Assembly (NCBI GenBank): GCA_021812185.1
Contig: JAKAON010000002.1
Location: forward strand, 1-63,204
DNA from: Candidatus Micrarchaeota archaeon
GTDB lineage: Archaea; Micrarchaeota; Micrarchaeia; Micrarchaeales; CABMGC01
Reading direction: 5' to 3'
DNA length: 63,204 bases
Below, piece by piece: positions 1 through 8,418 of this stretch. The notes below the pieces were generated by a model, which was not told the DNA's origin, did no database searches, and worked only from the letters and a program-made list of their open reading frames with translations. Every line of letters starts with the position of its first letter. Position 1 is the stretch's first letter. Both the position numbers and the translations under genes were made by a program.

Positions 1-88
1 TGCTAAAGGATACTGGTGCTGCGAAAGCTATTCCTAATGCCACACTGGCCGCAAGGGCGGCAATTCTCTTTGCGTTTACACTTTTCAT
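1..88 (-). CDS. N-terminus of a secreted/membrane protein; gene continues beyond the left window edge (partial)
   Basis: The reverse complement of 1..88 reads ATG AAA AGT GTA AAC GCA AAG AGA ATT GCC GCC CTT GCG GCC AGT GTG GCA TTA GGA ... = MKSVNAKRIAALAASVALGIAFAAPVSFS. This is a basic n-region followed by a hydrophobic signal-peptide-like core. It is truncated by the window edge, so it is absent from the ORF track. Confidence 0.4.
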   Translation of the reverse strand, partial: MKSVNAKRIAALAASVALGIAFAAPVSFS

Positions 89-207
89 TTCATCACTTAA
101 GTTTTAATCATAAAACTGGGTTATGTCCAGTTACGTTGCTGCTTTCCTATTTATTACTACTAATTTAGTAATAAGTATACTACTTTAGCAATATGTATGC
201 TACTCAC

Positions 208-255
208 TACCTTATAAAGTTATTGTACTACGTACCTTATAAAGTTATTGTACTA
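208..255. repeat. Perfect 23-bp direct repeat x2 (TACCTTATAAAGTTATTGTACTA) with a 2-bp spacer
   Basis: Copies at 208..230 and 233..255 were read directly. They lie in the AT-rich gap between the helicase stop (280) and the start of the leftmost gene (88). Confidence 0.9.
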
Positions 256-279
256 TGCAACATGCGTGAAGTCTCGATT

Positions 280-1692
280 TTAATGGCCAAGTTGCACAGA
301 TTTGATGAAATCAACTATTCGTTGATCCATCATTATGTGCTTCTTCTCTATTTTTTTCCTGAGCACTATTCCCTCCAAAGTAGTACACCTGCTGAGGGCC
401 ACGTATAGCTGGCCATGGGCAAACGTGCCTGAACCTATATCTATTACGACCTTATCGAACGTCTTTCCCTGGCTCTTGTGTATAGTCACGGCCCACGCCG
501 GCATTATTGGGTACTGGATAAAGCTGCCTGCACTTTTTGATATTAGAGTTGTGGACTTGGTATCGTATGAGAACTTGAAGAGGTCCCACTTGTTTGGCAA
601 AATCTCAACTTCCAAGCCGCTTGTTAGCCTTACATTTATTATGTCGTTGTTAATGCCCGAAATTACTGCCTTGACCTCGCCTATGCTGCCATTCACCCAC
701 TGCCCACCCTTGTCGTTATTTAGCAGCATTACTTGCATCCCTACTTTTATTTTTAATTCCTCATCGGCAGGCAGCACTTTCTTGTCGAAAGCAGGATCGG
801 CCTTAGCCCTATACATGTGGGTGGGGCCAGGCAGCCGTGCAAGATGGCCATCGTTTATGCTGTCGGCAAGCGTGTTTGTGGTGGTCAGCGTTATGTACTT
901 CTCTGAGGCACTGGGATTGAAGAACGGCTGGTATCTTTTGTTTATTTCGGCAAGGTCTTCATCCGTTAGGTTGTTCTCCCTTATGGCATTTAACAGCCTT
1001 ATGAAAGTTGCATCGGTCTGCCGATAATTCCCCCTTAGCTCGATGAACTTGATCTTCAGGCCCTTAAACACGTGGGAATCAAAGAAGTATTCGCTCTTGT
1101 AATGGGTCCTGAACATCTCAGCCTCATTTGAAGTTACCACAGGAGGCAATTGGTAGAGGTCGCCGACAAATATAACTTGCACGCCGCCAAAAGGCAGGGA
1201 CCTGTCCTTGCCATTTAGCCTCATGAATATATCTACGCAATCAAGCAGGTCCGCACGGACCATTGATATTTCATCTATTATTATCGCGTCTATCTTTTCG
1301 TACATCTGCCTTTGATAACGATTGAGGCTCCTTACAGTATCCGGAGTGATGTCTGGACGGAACCTGAAGAAGGAATGTATGGTCTGGCCAGATACGTTCA
1401 GCGCTGCTACGCCCGTTGGAGCGAGGACCGCTGCATTCTTGCGCGTTATCGATCGAAAATGTCCGAGCAATGTGGATTTGCCTGTTCCTGCCCTGCCGGT
1501 TATCAATACGTTCTTGGATGTGCCTTCCATCATCTCAAGTGCCGCTTTGAAATCCTCGTTTAGATCGATCTTTCGTTTGGAGGATGACGACCGTTGGTAT
1601 AGTCCCATTTGTTCGTATGCCATAACCAAGTTTGCCCCGAATAAATTATATTGAAAGTTGCAGTATGCGATTTTAATTCTAGATATCGCCAC
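280..1692 (-). CDS. PIF1/RecD-like SF1B DNA helicase
   Basis: 470-aa ORF. It has Walker A GRAGTGKSTLLG, Walker B-like AIIIDEISMV, the VIFVGDLYQLPPV motif and C-terminal AVTIHKSQGKTFDKVVI, which is the AAA_30 + UvrD_C_2 pattern. The true start may be an internal Met (MAYEQMG). Confidence 0.8.
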   Translation of the reverse strand: MAISRIKIAYCNFQYNLFGANLVMAYEQMGLYQRSSSSKRKIDLNEDFKAALEMMEGTSKNVLITGRAGTGKSTLLGHFRSITRKNAAVLAPTGVAALNVSGQTIHSFFRFRPDITPDTVRSLNRYQRQMYEKIDAIIIDEISMVRADLLDCVDIFMRLNGKDRSLPFGGVQVIFVGDLYQLPPVVTSNEAEMFRTHYKSEYFFDSHVFKGLKIKFIELRGNYRQTDATFIRLLNAIRENNLTDEDLAEINKRYQPFFNPSASEKYITLTTTNTLADSINDGHLARLPGPTHMYRAKADPAFDKKVLPADEELKIKVGMQVMLLNNDKGGQWVNGSIGEVKAVISGINNDIINVRLTSGLEVEILPNKWDLFKFSYDTKSTTLISKSAGSFIQYPIMPAWAVTIHKSQGKTFDKVVIDIGSGTFAHGQLYVALSRCTTLEGIVLRKKIEKKHIMMDQRIVDFIKSVQLGH

Positions 1693-1725
1693 TATACGTT
1701 TTGCCTAGCCTCTAAAGAATCTGTT

Positions 1726-1986
1726 TTAGCTCTTCAAATACGCCTTTATCTCTTCGGCAAGGTCTTCCTCAGTAGTATAATCGAATATTATCCTTCCGGA
1801 CATTTCAACCTGAGGCACAGGAGTGTGGTTGTCCCTAGTTATTATAGTGGATGAAACATTGGGATCTGCGATGTTGTATTTTTTGTAAGGCACGTGGTCG
1901 TGGTCCAATATCTCAAGCAGCTTGTTGCAAAATGGGCATTTATCCTTTACGTAAATCTTGACTTCTTTATCCATGTTATCACTCAT
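1726..1986 (-). CDS. Glutaredoxin-like small redox protein
   Basis: 86 aa with a CPFC active-site motif (KDKCPFCNKLLEIL) and thioredoxin-fold size. It overlaps the upstream gene by 8 nt, which suggests an operon. Confidence 0.65.
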   Translation of the reverse strand: MSDNMDKEVKIYVKDKCPFCNKLLEILDHDHVPYKKYNIADPNVSSTIITRDNHTPVPQVEMSGRIIFDYTTEEDLAEEIKAYLKS

Positions 1987-2476
1987 TGATTGTTTTTAGA
2001 TTCACTTTCTCGGTTCTTTCCACTCCAGTAATGAAGATGTTCTTGGGCTCTATCTTGAAGAACTTGAATTCGGATGCGCCAGAATAGTTTTCAGGATCAA
2101 ACTCTGGATCCGGAGAGAATTTCGACCCTGGGAAAGCTTTCTTGGAATATAGGCTTATGGTTTTGACAATTTCTTTCTTTTCATCCACAATTTTTGCAAT
2201 GCCTTCGAATTGGACACTTTGGGAGCTTCCTACCGGCTGTTTTGAATCGAATATGACTCCGGCTATGTTTGGATTTTCGATTATGTTTTTTGCGTGCCTT
2301 GAATCAACTGCGGACATGAAATGGAGGTTGTAGTCTTTGTCGTTAACGAATAAGACGGCTGCAGCCCACGGCATTCCGCCCTTGCTGCAGGTAGAAAGCA
2401 CAACATAATTATTGTTCTTTATGATGCCCTTTGCACTGCGCTCAGGTGATATCTCGACGTACTGCGCCATGGACAT
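1979..2476 (-). CDS. Pyridoxamine 5'-phosphate oxidase-like FMN-binding (general stress protein 26-like) protein
   Basis: 165 aa. The pattern VVLSTCSKGGMPWAAAVLFVNDKDYNLHFMSAVDSRHAKNI resembles the PNPOx-like split-barrel family. Confidence 0.55.
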   Translation of the reverse strand: MSMAQYVEISPERSAKGIIKNNNYVVLSTCSKGGMPWAAAVLFVNDKDYNLHFMSAVDSRHAKNIIENPNIAGVIFDSKQPVGSSQSVQFEGIAKIVDEKKEIVKTISLYSKKAFPGSKFSPDPEFDPENYSGASEFKFFKIEPKNIFITGVERTEKVNLKTINE

Positions 2477-2519
2477 ATATGGTATCGCAAATTTATAGTC
2501 TTATGCACAAAATAGACGT

Positions 2520-3422
2520 GTGCTGATGATAGTGACAAATCCATCGACTGTAGGGCCAAAAGACGTCATGCGTGCATTGCCTCGAAGAGAGTTGTATTCA
2601 AGCAAGAAGGATAATGGAAAGGTGCTGATAATCGGAGGGAGCGACCTGTTCCACGGGGCACCGATACTTGCTTCGACTGCTGCATACAATACACTTGGCG
2701 CACTTAGGGTTGGCGCAGGATATGCAATTACGTGCGTGCCCAAAAACATAGTTGAGAGCGTTAGAGAGTTATCGCCGAATATCATAGTCAGGCCCCTGTC
2801 TGGTCAGATAATAAACCCTCATGACTTTGCAACATTAAGCAAAGAGGCGAAAAAAGCGGATGCGATAGTTATTGGCATTGGAATTGGGAGGGAGAAAGGG
2901 AGCTTGATGACAATTGCGAAATTAATATCGTATGCTGCAAAACTTGGCAAGTTTATGGTGATAGATGCTGATGCAATAGATTCATTGCGATTTATGGATA
3001 ATAGATTGAATAAGAACGTTGTCCTAACACCTAATAAAAACGAATTTTCGCTCCTGCACAAAGGAGATGTTGGCAGTAGTGAAAAGGATATCTATGATGC
3101 GGTTCTTGCAGCATCTAGAAAGTTTGGTGCAAACATATTATTGAAGGGCCATAGGACAGTAATTTCAGATGGAATTATGATCAAGGTAGTTAATGCGAAG
3201 AGCGCTGCGCTTGCGACAATGGGCAGCGGCGACGTTCTATCTGGAATCATAGGAGGGTTCATGGCGCTTAGCAAGGATGCTTTTGGCTCTGCGCTTGCGG
3301 GCGCATATCTTCATGCAACAATTGGCGATGCGCTACATCGCAAGATGGGCGACCACATACTGGCATCCGACATAATTGATCAGATCCCAAGCACGCTGAG
3401 AAAATTTTCCAGATATGGATAG
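2520..3422 (+). CDS. nnrD: ADP/ATP-dependent NAD(P)H-hydrate dehydratase (YjeF C-terminal / carbohydrate kinase family)
   Basis: 300 aa. Motifs are GKVLIIGGSDLFHGAPILASTAA, LTPNKNEF and GSGDVLSGIIGG. The ORF starts at GTG; an internal Met (MRALP) is an alternative. Confidence 0.75.
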   Translation: MLMIVTNPSTVGPKDVMRALPRRELYSSKKDNGKVLIIGGSDLFHGAPILASTAAYNTLGALRVGAGYAITCVPKNIVESVRELSPNIIVRPLSGQIINPHDFATLSKEAKKADAIVIGIGIGREKGSLMTIAKLISYAAKLGKFMVIDADAIDSLRFMDNRLNKNVVLTPNKNEFSLLHKGDVGSSEKDIYDAVLAASRKFGANILLKGHRTVISDGIMIKVVNAKSAALATMGSGDVLSGIIGGFMALSKDAFGSALAGAYLHATIGDALHRKMGDHILASDIIDQIPSTLRKFSRYG

Positions 3423-3438
3423 CGGGAGATTATTGTTT

Positions 3439-4065
3439 TTATTCGCACTTGAGTTCCTGAGCGTCTGCAGGTGTCGGCACGCTGTATTTGCCAGATACTT
3501 CATCGAATTCAGACCTGAACACACGCTTGAAATCATCTAGGGTATATACCTTAATTTGTTTATCCGCGGCAGCATCCGGATTCTCGCCAGTCGGAAGTAT
3601 GGTCACTGTACCAGTACTTGGCTGCAGTCCCAAAATATAACTAACGCATGCCTTTATTGGATCACATGTGACTCCGCAAGTAGCAAAATCCAGGTACATG
3701 TATCCATCTATGCGCTTAAATGCCTCGCCTTCCTCGCCTTTTATCGTTATTGTAGTTTCAGGCCACGCATGCCCGCTCCCATGACTTTGTAAAAGATGCA
3801 TGGTAAAAGATGGCCCGCCGCCGTCAGGAGGCGTAGATATTAGAAGTGGTCCTTCCACAGTGGCATTTGCAGCGCTTGCTGCATCCCTTGCAAGTTTCTC
3901 AAGAAAAGTGCAGTCGACAAGCAGCTCTCTTTTTATTCCGTACAGATCCATTATCGCCTGCGTGCCTTTGTGATCGTAAAACTGCGGGGTTTGAATTTGG
4001 CACATTTTTTGAGCAGTAGGACTTTGGTTCATGGCCCCATTAGGGGAGTTATTTTGTGTTGCCAT
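3439..4065 (-). CDS. S-adenosylmethionine decarboxylase (SpeH/pyruvoyl)-like protein, divergent
   Basis: 208 aa. MDLYGI..LVDCTFLEKL..ANATVEG..FTMHLLQSHGSGHAWPE..YLDFATCG matches the SpeH layout (..ESH..H.WPE..D..TCG). The usual self-cleavage ES is QS here. Confidence 0.45.
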   Translation of the reverse strand: MATQNNSPNGAMNQSPTAQKMCQIQTPQFYDHKGTQAIMDLYGIKRELLVDCTFLEKLARDAASAANATVEGPLLISTPPDGGGPSFTMHLLQSHGSGHAWPETTITIKGEEGEAFKRIDGYMYLDFATCGVTCDPIKACVSYILGLQPSTGTVTILPTGENPDAAADKQIKVYTLDDFKRVFRSEFDEVSGKYSVPTPADAQELKCE

Positions 4066-4195
4066 TTTAACGTTTGTTTAAAATTTTATTATACATATTT
4101 GTATACCATTTGCTTAAAAAGCTTTTTACCCATTCGTTTATTTTGATTTAGGGCTTGCGTTAGGGCACCTCTAGCAACAGGCATTTTGGGTTTTC

Positions 4196-4498
4196 TTACG
4201 GCTTCTTATAAAATGAGGAATTTGGGTCCTTGCTAAGCGCGTCGGTTGCAGTGTTTTGCGTGTGTAGCGTCTTAACTGTAGAGATTGTGTCTCCCCTGCA
4301 CACACCTTGAAAGAGTATGATTACGTCCTTCCCTTTTATCCCCTTCGATAACATGTCGTCCATTGGGTCGGTGTTGAAATCCTTGAAAAGCTCGTTGCAT
4401 ATTTTCCTTATCTCTTCGTTAATCTGATTGTCGCCTACTGAAAGCTTTTTTATCCTCTCCTCTAGCGCAGGGCTGTTGAATCTATAGTCGCTTGGCAT
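4196..4498 (-). CDS. Hypothetical protein
   Basis: 100-aa ORF on the same strand as its neighbours. No recognisable motif. Confidence 0.4.
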   Translation of the reverse strand: MPSDYRFNSPALEERIKKLSVGDNQINEEIRKICNELFKDFNTDPMDDMLSKGIKGKDVIILFQGVCRGDTISTVKTLHTQNTATDALSKDPNSSFYKKP

Positions 4499-4709
4499 GA
4501 TTGACTGTGGGAGGTTGAATTAAAAAACCTTTTGTCCAATCGCTGTTTAATGCTAGTAAAAAAGATTATACAGTATGGAGTTTACTACTGAAGGATTAGA
4601 AAAAAGCTATGCACGCATTATATCTAGCGTATCCATAACCGCGATAGGCAGGAAGGTGGTGAATACCTTGATCGTTGCTCTAGACCCAATTCCTGCAGAT
4701 GTCTAAAAT

Positions 4710-5015
4710 TTAGTGCCTAAGTGCATATTCGAGGAGTTTGTTGGGGTTGGTCTCGGATAGCTTGAGTGCCGCAGCTGCACCCACCATATTGTTACCTTTC
4801 GTCTCCATCGCTTCAACCAAATCAGTATCGGATGTCTTCCCGCGCTCCACAAGCTTTAGCGCAGTTGCAAGATCGCTGGTTGCCGCCCTCATTTGGTCGG
4901 CTTCTTCCCTTGAGAGGAATACATAATCGGATTTTTCATACGGCGTTGGCACAAAACCCGCATTTCCACTGGTCCTATTTCTTGATATTATACTTGCCAC
5001 CATATCTTCACCCAT
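4710..5015 (-). CDS. Hypothetical protein
   Basis: 101-aa ORF with helical, Ala-rich composition and no recognisable motif. The two overlapping plus-strand ORFs look like antisense artefacts. Confidence 0.4.
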   Translation of the reverse strand: MGEDMVASIISRNRTSGNAGFVPTPYEKSDYVFLSREEADQMRAATSDLATALKLVERGKTSDTDLVEAMETKGNNMVGAAAALKLSETNPNKLLEYALRH

Positions 5016-5137
5016 TTTACTTTTGATTTTGCAAAATAAATACTATGCACATTATTTCGTTTATTTAGTTTGCATTATGCGGGCTATGCAACCAAAAAAG
5101 TTTGTGCCGCAAGAATGCCAAATTGCCCGTATGGAAT

Positions 5138-5512
5138 TTACATCCTGTCGCGTGCATATGTCACGGCTATTCCGAATGCAAAGGCCCCTACCACTGCTGC
5201 AAGATACAGAGATGATTCAAAGAACCACACAGTGGCTATGAATAGCACTGCGCTTACAAGCACGAATTCATTGATGAATCCGCTCTTTGCAAGTGAGGTT
5301 TTTGCCTTTATATTCTTTATGCCGATTTTACTTCTTATCTTATCGACAACAAATGTTGCAGACACGCCTAGGCCAAATGCAAACAGTGCTGAAATAAGGT
5401 ATATTTGGTATAAGAAGAACGCTATAGTGGCTGCCAGCAGCACGACCTCAACAACTCCACTTCGATCTATCATATTTATCGTACGTTCGCTTGGTTCTTT
5501 ATTTTTAGGCAT
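5138..5512 (-). CDS. Hypothetical membrane protein (about 4 hydrophobic helices)
   Basis: 124 aa. It has clean hydrophobic segments (VVEVVLLAATIAFFLYQIYLISALFAFGLGV; VLVSAVLFIATVWFF; LYLAAVVGAFAFGIAV). I prefer it over the overlapping 180-aa plus-strand ORF because of strand context and composition. Confidence 0.45.
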   Translation of the reverse strand: MPKNKEPSERTINMIDRSGVVEVVLLAATIAFFLYQIYLISALFAFGLGVSATFVVDKIRSKIGIKNIKAKTSLAKSGFINEFVLVSAVLFIATVWFFESSLYLAAVVGAFAFGIAVTYARDRM

Positions 5513-5527
5513 GCAATCACAAATTGT

Positions 5528-6226
5528 CTATTTCCTTGTTTTTCTATCTAGTATAGCATATTCATATATAAGAGCTGCTGCTATCGCACCTATTATAGGA
5601 CCTATCCAGTAGACAAACCAATTGGCGAAGTCACCTGAAACTATTGCCGGACCTATCGAGATTGCAGGGTTTACTGCAGCACCTGTAAAAGGCCCTATCG
5701 CCATCACTATTGCAGCAAGCATAAGCCCTATTCCAAATCCGCCGATTTTCGGAGCCCTTTGATCGACTGCGGTTCCGAATACTGAAAGCATGAGCATAAA
5801 CGTGCCAACACCCTCTATTGCGATTCCCTGAAGCACCCCTATGCCATTTGCAAGTCCGGGAGTCCCCCAGTTTAAGGATGTGCCAAGTTGGGTGGGAAAT
5901 GTAAGTGATAGCATTGAAACTGCAAGCACGGCGCCGATTATTTGCGCAGCTATGTAGAATGCGGCATTCCTTGCACTGATCCGCTTTGTCGCAAACATGC
6001 CTATAGTTACGGCAGGGTTAATGTGGCCTCCCGAAATTGCCATTGCGAACGTCACAGCTATTGCAAGGGCTATTCCGTGCGCAAGAGCTACTGCAACCAA
6101 TTGCGGGAATCCCATCGAACCTGCCTGGTACGATGTTGAGAGTATTGATCCGGCCCCGAGGAATGTTAGTACGAATACGCCCAACAATTCAGCTGCGAGC
6201 TTGTTCTTCAATTTTATATCGTCCAT
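5528..6226 (-). CDS. Aquaporin / MIP-family channel
   Basis: 232 aa. It has two NPA boxes (GGHINPAVT and AAVNPAISIG) and six hydrophobic segments. Confidence 0.9.
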   Translation of the reverse strand: MDDIKLKNKLAAELLGVFVLTFLGAGSILSTSYQAGSMGFPQLVAVALAHGIALAIAVTFAMAISGGHINPAVTIGMFATKRISARNAAFYIAAQIIGAVLAVSMLSLTFPTQLGTSLNWGTPGLANGIGVLQGIAIEGVGTFMLMLSVFGTAVDQRAPKIGGFGIGLMLAAIVMAIGPFTGAAVNPAISIGPAIVSGDFANWFVYWIGPIIGAIAAALIYEYAILDRKTRK

Positions 6227-6426
6227 TTTTACACTTCAGACTAACCATAGATAAAGCCATAAAGCCTTAAAGATTTTTGTTTTGCATTTTTATTTTGTGC
6301 TTTTAGATTGCGATAATTCGATGCTTGCGAATTGCAGAATAAAAATAGTATGGTTTTTGCAGGATCGCTAAAAAATGAAAACCGAAATGTCGGAATAGGA
6401 TATTTAAGTTTGAGCAATATAATGAG

Positions 6427-8232
6427 ATGGATTCTATGAGCCGCACCGGAGAAACCAAGAGCAACATTTTAAAATTGCTTGGGCAGAAAAATAGGACGCT
6501 AAGCGAAATAAGCAGCGACTTGGGGCTTGCGCCATCGACCATAAGTCAGCATCTGCAGGAACTCGAAATATCCGGAGCGATAGAGGAAGTCGAAAATGAA
6601 CACATAAGGAAATGGAAATATTACAGGCTAAATCCAAATTACAAGGATAACGAAGGGATTATTGGAGCCGTGAATAGGAGAGTTGCAAACAGCAGAATGT
6701 TTTATTATGTTTTGGGGGTATTTGCAATTGTAGCGATTGCATACTTTGCATCGGCATACTTGAATTTTGGCATGCCTTCGAACTCGCTTTACTCTGGAAA
6801 CGCGATGCAATCAAAAATTGCGCTGAGTTTGCAAGGTTCGACATACGTTCCGCTCAGGCTAACTGATCCGCCAAAAGTGCCGGAAGGCACAAGCGCTTTA
6901 ATGATCAATTATTCCTCAATAGGCGTACGTTCGAACTCAACGGGACAGTGGATATACTCAAATGCAAGTGGAAGCGTCAATTTGATGTCGCTTGTAAATG
7001 TCAGCCAGATGATTGGAGGCGTAAACGTAAATGCCAACGATAGCATAGATATGGCAAGATTCAACATTACGTCTGCAACCATAATAATAAACGGCACTTC
7101 ATATAATGTGACTGTTCCAAATTCGCAGGTGTCTGCACATATCGTTGGGAGTGATAGAGTAAATTCTAGCAACGGAGTGCTGCTTGATTTTGCCCCAGTA
7201 GTTGCTGCGATATACACTAACACCTCGACAGTATTCGTTATGGTTCCGTCGCTAAAGGCAGTGATAGTGCCTAACCCTCAAATCGTAAGTTTTGGGATGG
7301 GCAAGGCAGACCTTGAGATAGGGAATAGATACACTTTAAATGGTAATGACAGACGAGGGCTTAATTACGCTAATGCGAATCTGTCCATGGTAGCAACCAG
7401 CATGGCAGTAGGCAACGGAACAGTATTGTTTAGCGTGACTGTGAAAAACAGCGGTAACAGGAGCGTTGAGATTGACCACGTATCGATATTTGGAAACGAG
7501 ACGCCGTTAGTAAGGATAAATGGAAGTTGCATGACAAATATGACATTGCGTGGTTGGAACTGCAGGTATATCACCAACCAAGATGGTGCAAATGCGCAAG
7601 TTAATGGGTATTTAGTAGTAAATACGCAAGCTCCTTTGAGATATCAGCAAACTCGAGGCACAGGTGAGGTTGTTGGCTTTGCAGCCGGAGGCTCTGCAAA
7701 CGATGCACACCTCAGCATAAGAGGCGGAAATGTTAATTACAATGACTCGTCAAATGTGACAAATGTGCCTGGATTTGCTGCGCAAATCGAAGTTCCGAAT
7801 GTCACATATTTCGATAATAAGGTGTCAAATGGAATGGTCGGGATAAATGACTCTGCATTCTTCAAATTGCAATTGCCTATTGGATCATACGGACAGGGGC
7901 ATGCATATGGGATGGTTGGCGTCAAAGCCAGTTACATGCTTCCGATTATAGCACCATTTAGAGCAGTAATTTTTGGCGTAAATTCAAATGGGACCCTTAG
8001 CGCATGGGGTAGAGGGCATTTCTGCATGGAACTTGCAGGACATAGATGTGATAGCGCAGCAGAGGATGGCGGATACACCATAGCCCCAGGGCAGAGCATG
8101 ACGTTCTCGTACAACGGAACAATAGTCCCCGGGAATGCAGGGCTGCGAGTTTCACTTATCCCTGGAGACCGTTACATAGTCTTTGTGCAGGGAGAGGGCG
8201 AGGCGGCCCAAGGCAGTGTAATCGCTAGCTAG
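6427..8232 (+). CDS. ArsR-type winged-HTH regulator fused via one TM helix to a large DUF4382-like, N-glycosylation-sequon-rich extracytoplasmic domain
   Basis: 601 aa. The N-terminus (ILKLLGQKNRTLSEISSDLGLAPSTISQHLQELEISGAIEE..KWKYYRLN) is an ArsR/SmtB HTH. The TM helix is MFYYVLGVFAIVAIAYFASAYL. The ectodomain begins LRLTDPPKVPEGTSAL.., and I count more than 20 N-x-S/T sequons. Confidence 0.7.
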   Translation: MDSMSRTGETKSNILKLLGQKNRTLSEISSDLGLAPSTISQHLQELEISGAIEEVENEHIRKWKYYRLNPNYKDNEGIIGAVNRRVANSRMFYYVLGVFAIVAIAYFASAYLNFGMPSNSLYSGNAMQSKIALSLQGSTYVPLRLTDPPKVPEGTSALMINYSSIGVRSNSTGQWIYSNASGSVNLMSLVNVSQMIGGVNVNANDSIDMARFNITSATIIINGTSYNVTVPNSQVSAHIVGSDRVNSSNGVLLDFAPVVAAIYTNTSTVFVMVPSLKAVIVPNPQIVSFGMGKADLEIGNRYTLNGNDRRGLNYANANLSMVATSMAVGNGTVLFSVTVKNSGNRSVEIDHVSIFGNETPLVRINGSCMTNMTLRGWNCRYITNQDGANAQVNGYLVVNTQAPLRYQQTRGTGEVVGFAAGGSANDAHLSIRGGNVNYNDSSNVTNVPGFAAQIEVPNVTYFDNKVSNGMVGINDSAFFKLQLPIGSYGQGHAYGMVGVKASYMLPIIAPFRAVIFGVNSNGTLSAWGRGHFCMELAGHRCDSAAEDGGYTIAPGQSMTFSYNGTIVPGNAGLRVSLIPGDRYIVFVQGEGEAAQGSVIAS

Positions 8233-8255
8233 TCCATAAAATATCCATATACCTT

Positions 8256-8291
8256 GGCAGGCTTTTGCAAGCCTGCCGCCTTTCTTTTCGG
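8256..8291 (+). terminator. Hairpin plus T-rich tract downstream of the ArsR-fusion gene
   Basis: GGCAGGCTT-ttgc-AAGCCTGCC is a perfect 9-bp stem at 8256..8277, followed by gcctttcttttc. It starts 24 nt after the stop codon. Confidence 0.5.
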
Positions 8292-8418
8292 TAGGTTGCA
8301 GGATAGAAGGATATAGATATTAGAGATGGGATGAAGTTACATGTTTGGTTTAGCTCATCATTTTATATCTTGCAAAGAATATGTGATATGCTAGATTTTT
8401 ATTTTATAGGAATAGCAG

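Noticed and set aside
4575-4706. 43-aa ORF (MEFTTEGLEKSYARIISSVSITAIGRKVVNTLIVALDPIPADV) in the gap between two minus-strand genes.
   Set aside because: It has no motif or recognisable family. It is short enough to occur by chance, so it is not reported as a feature.
5070-5612. 180-aa plus-strand ORF competing with the 124-aa minus-strand membrane protein.
   Set aside because: It overlaps the 3' end of the aquaporin gene, and its sequence lacks regular helices. The minus-strand ORF fits the strand context and has clean TM segments. This remains a low-confidence choice.
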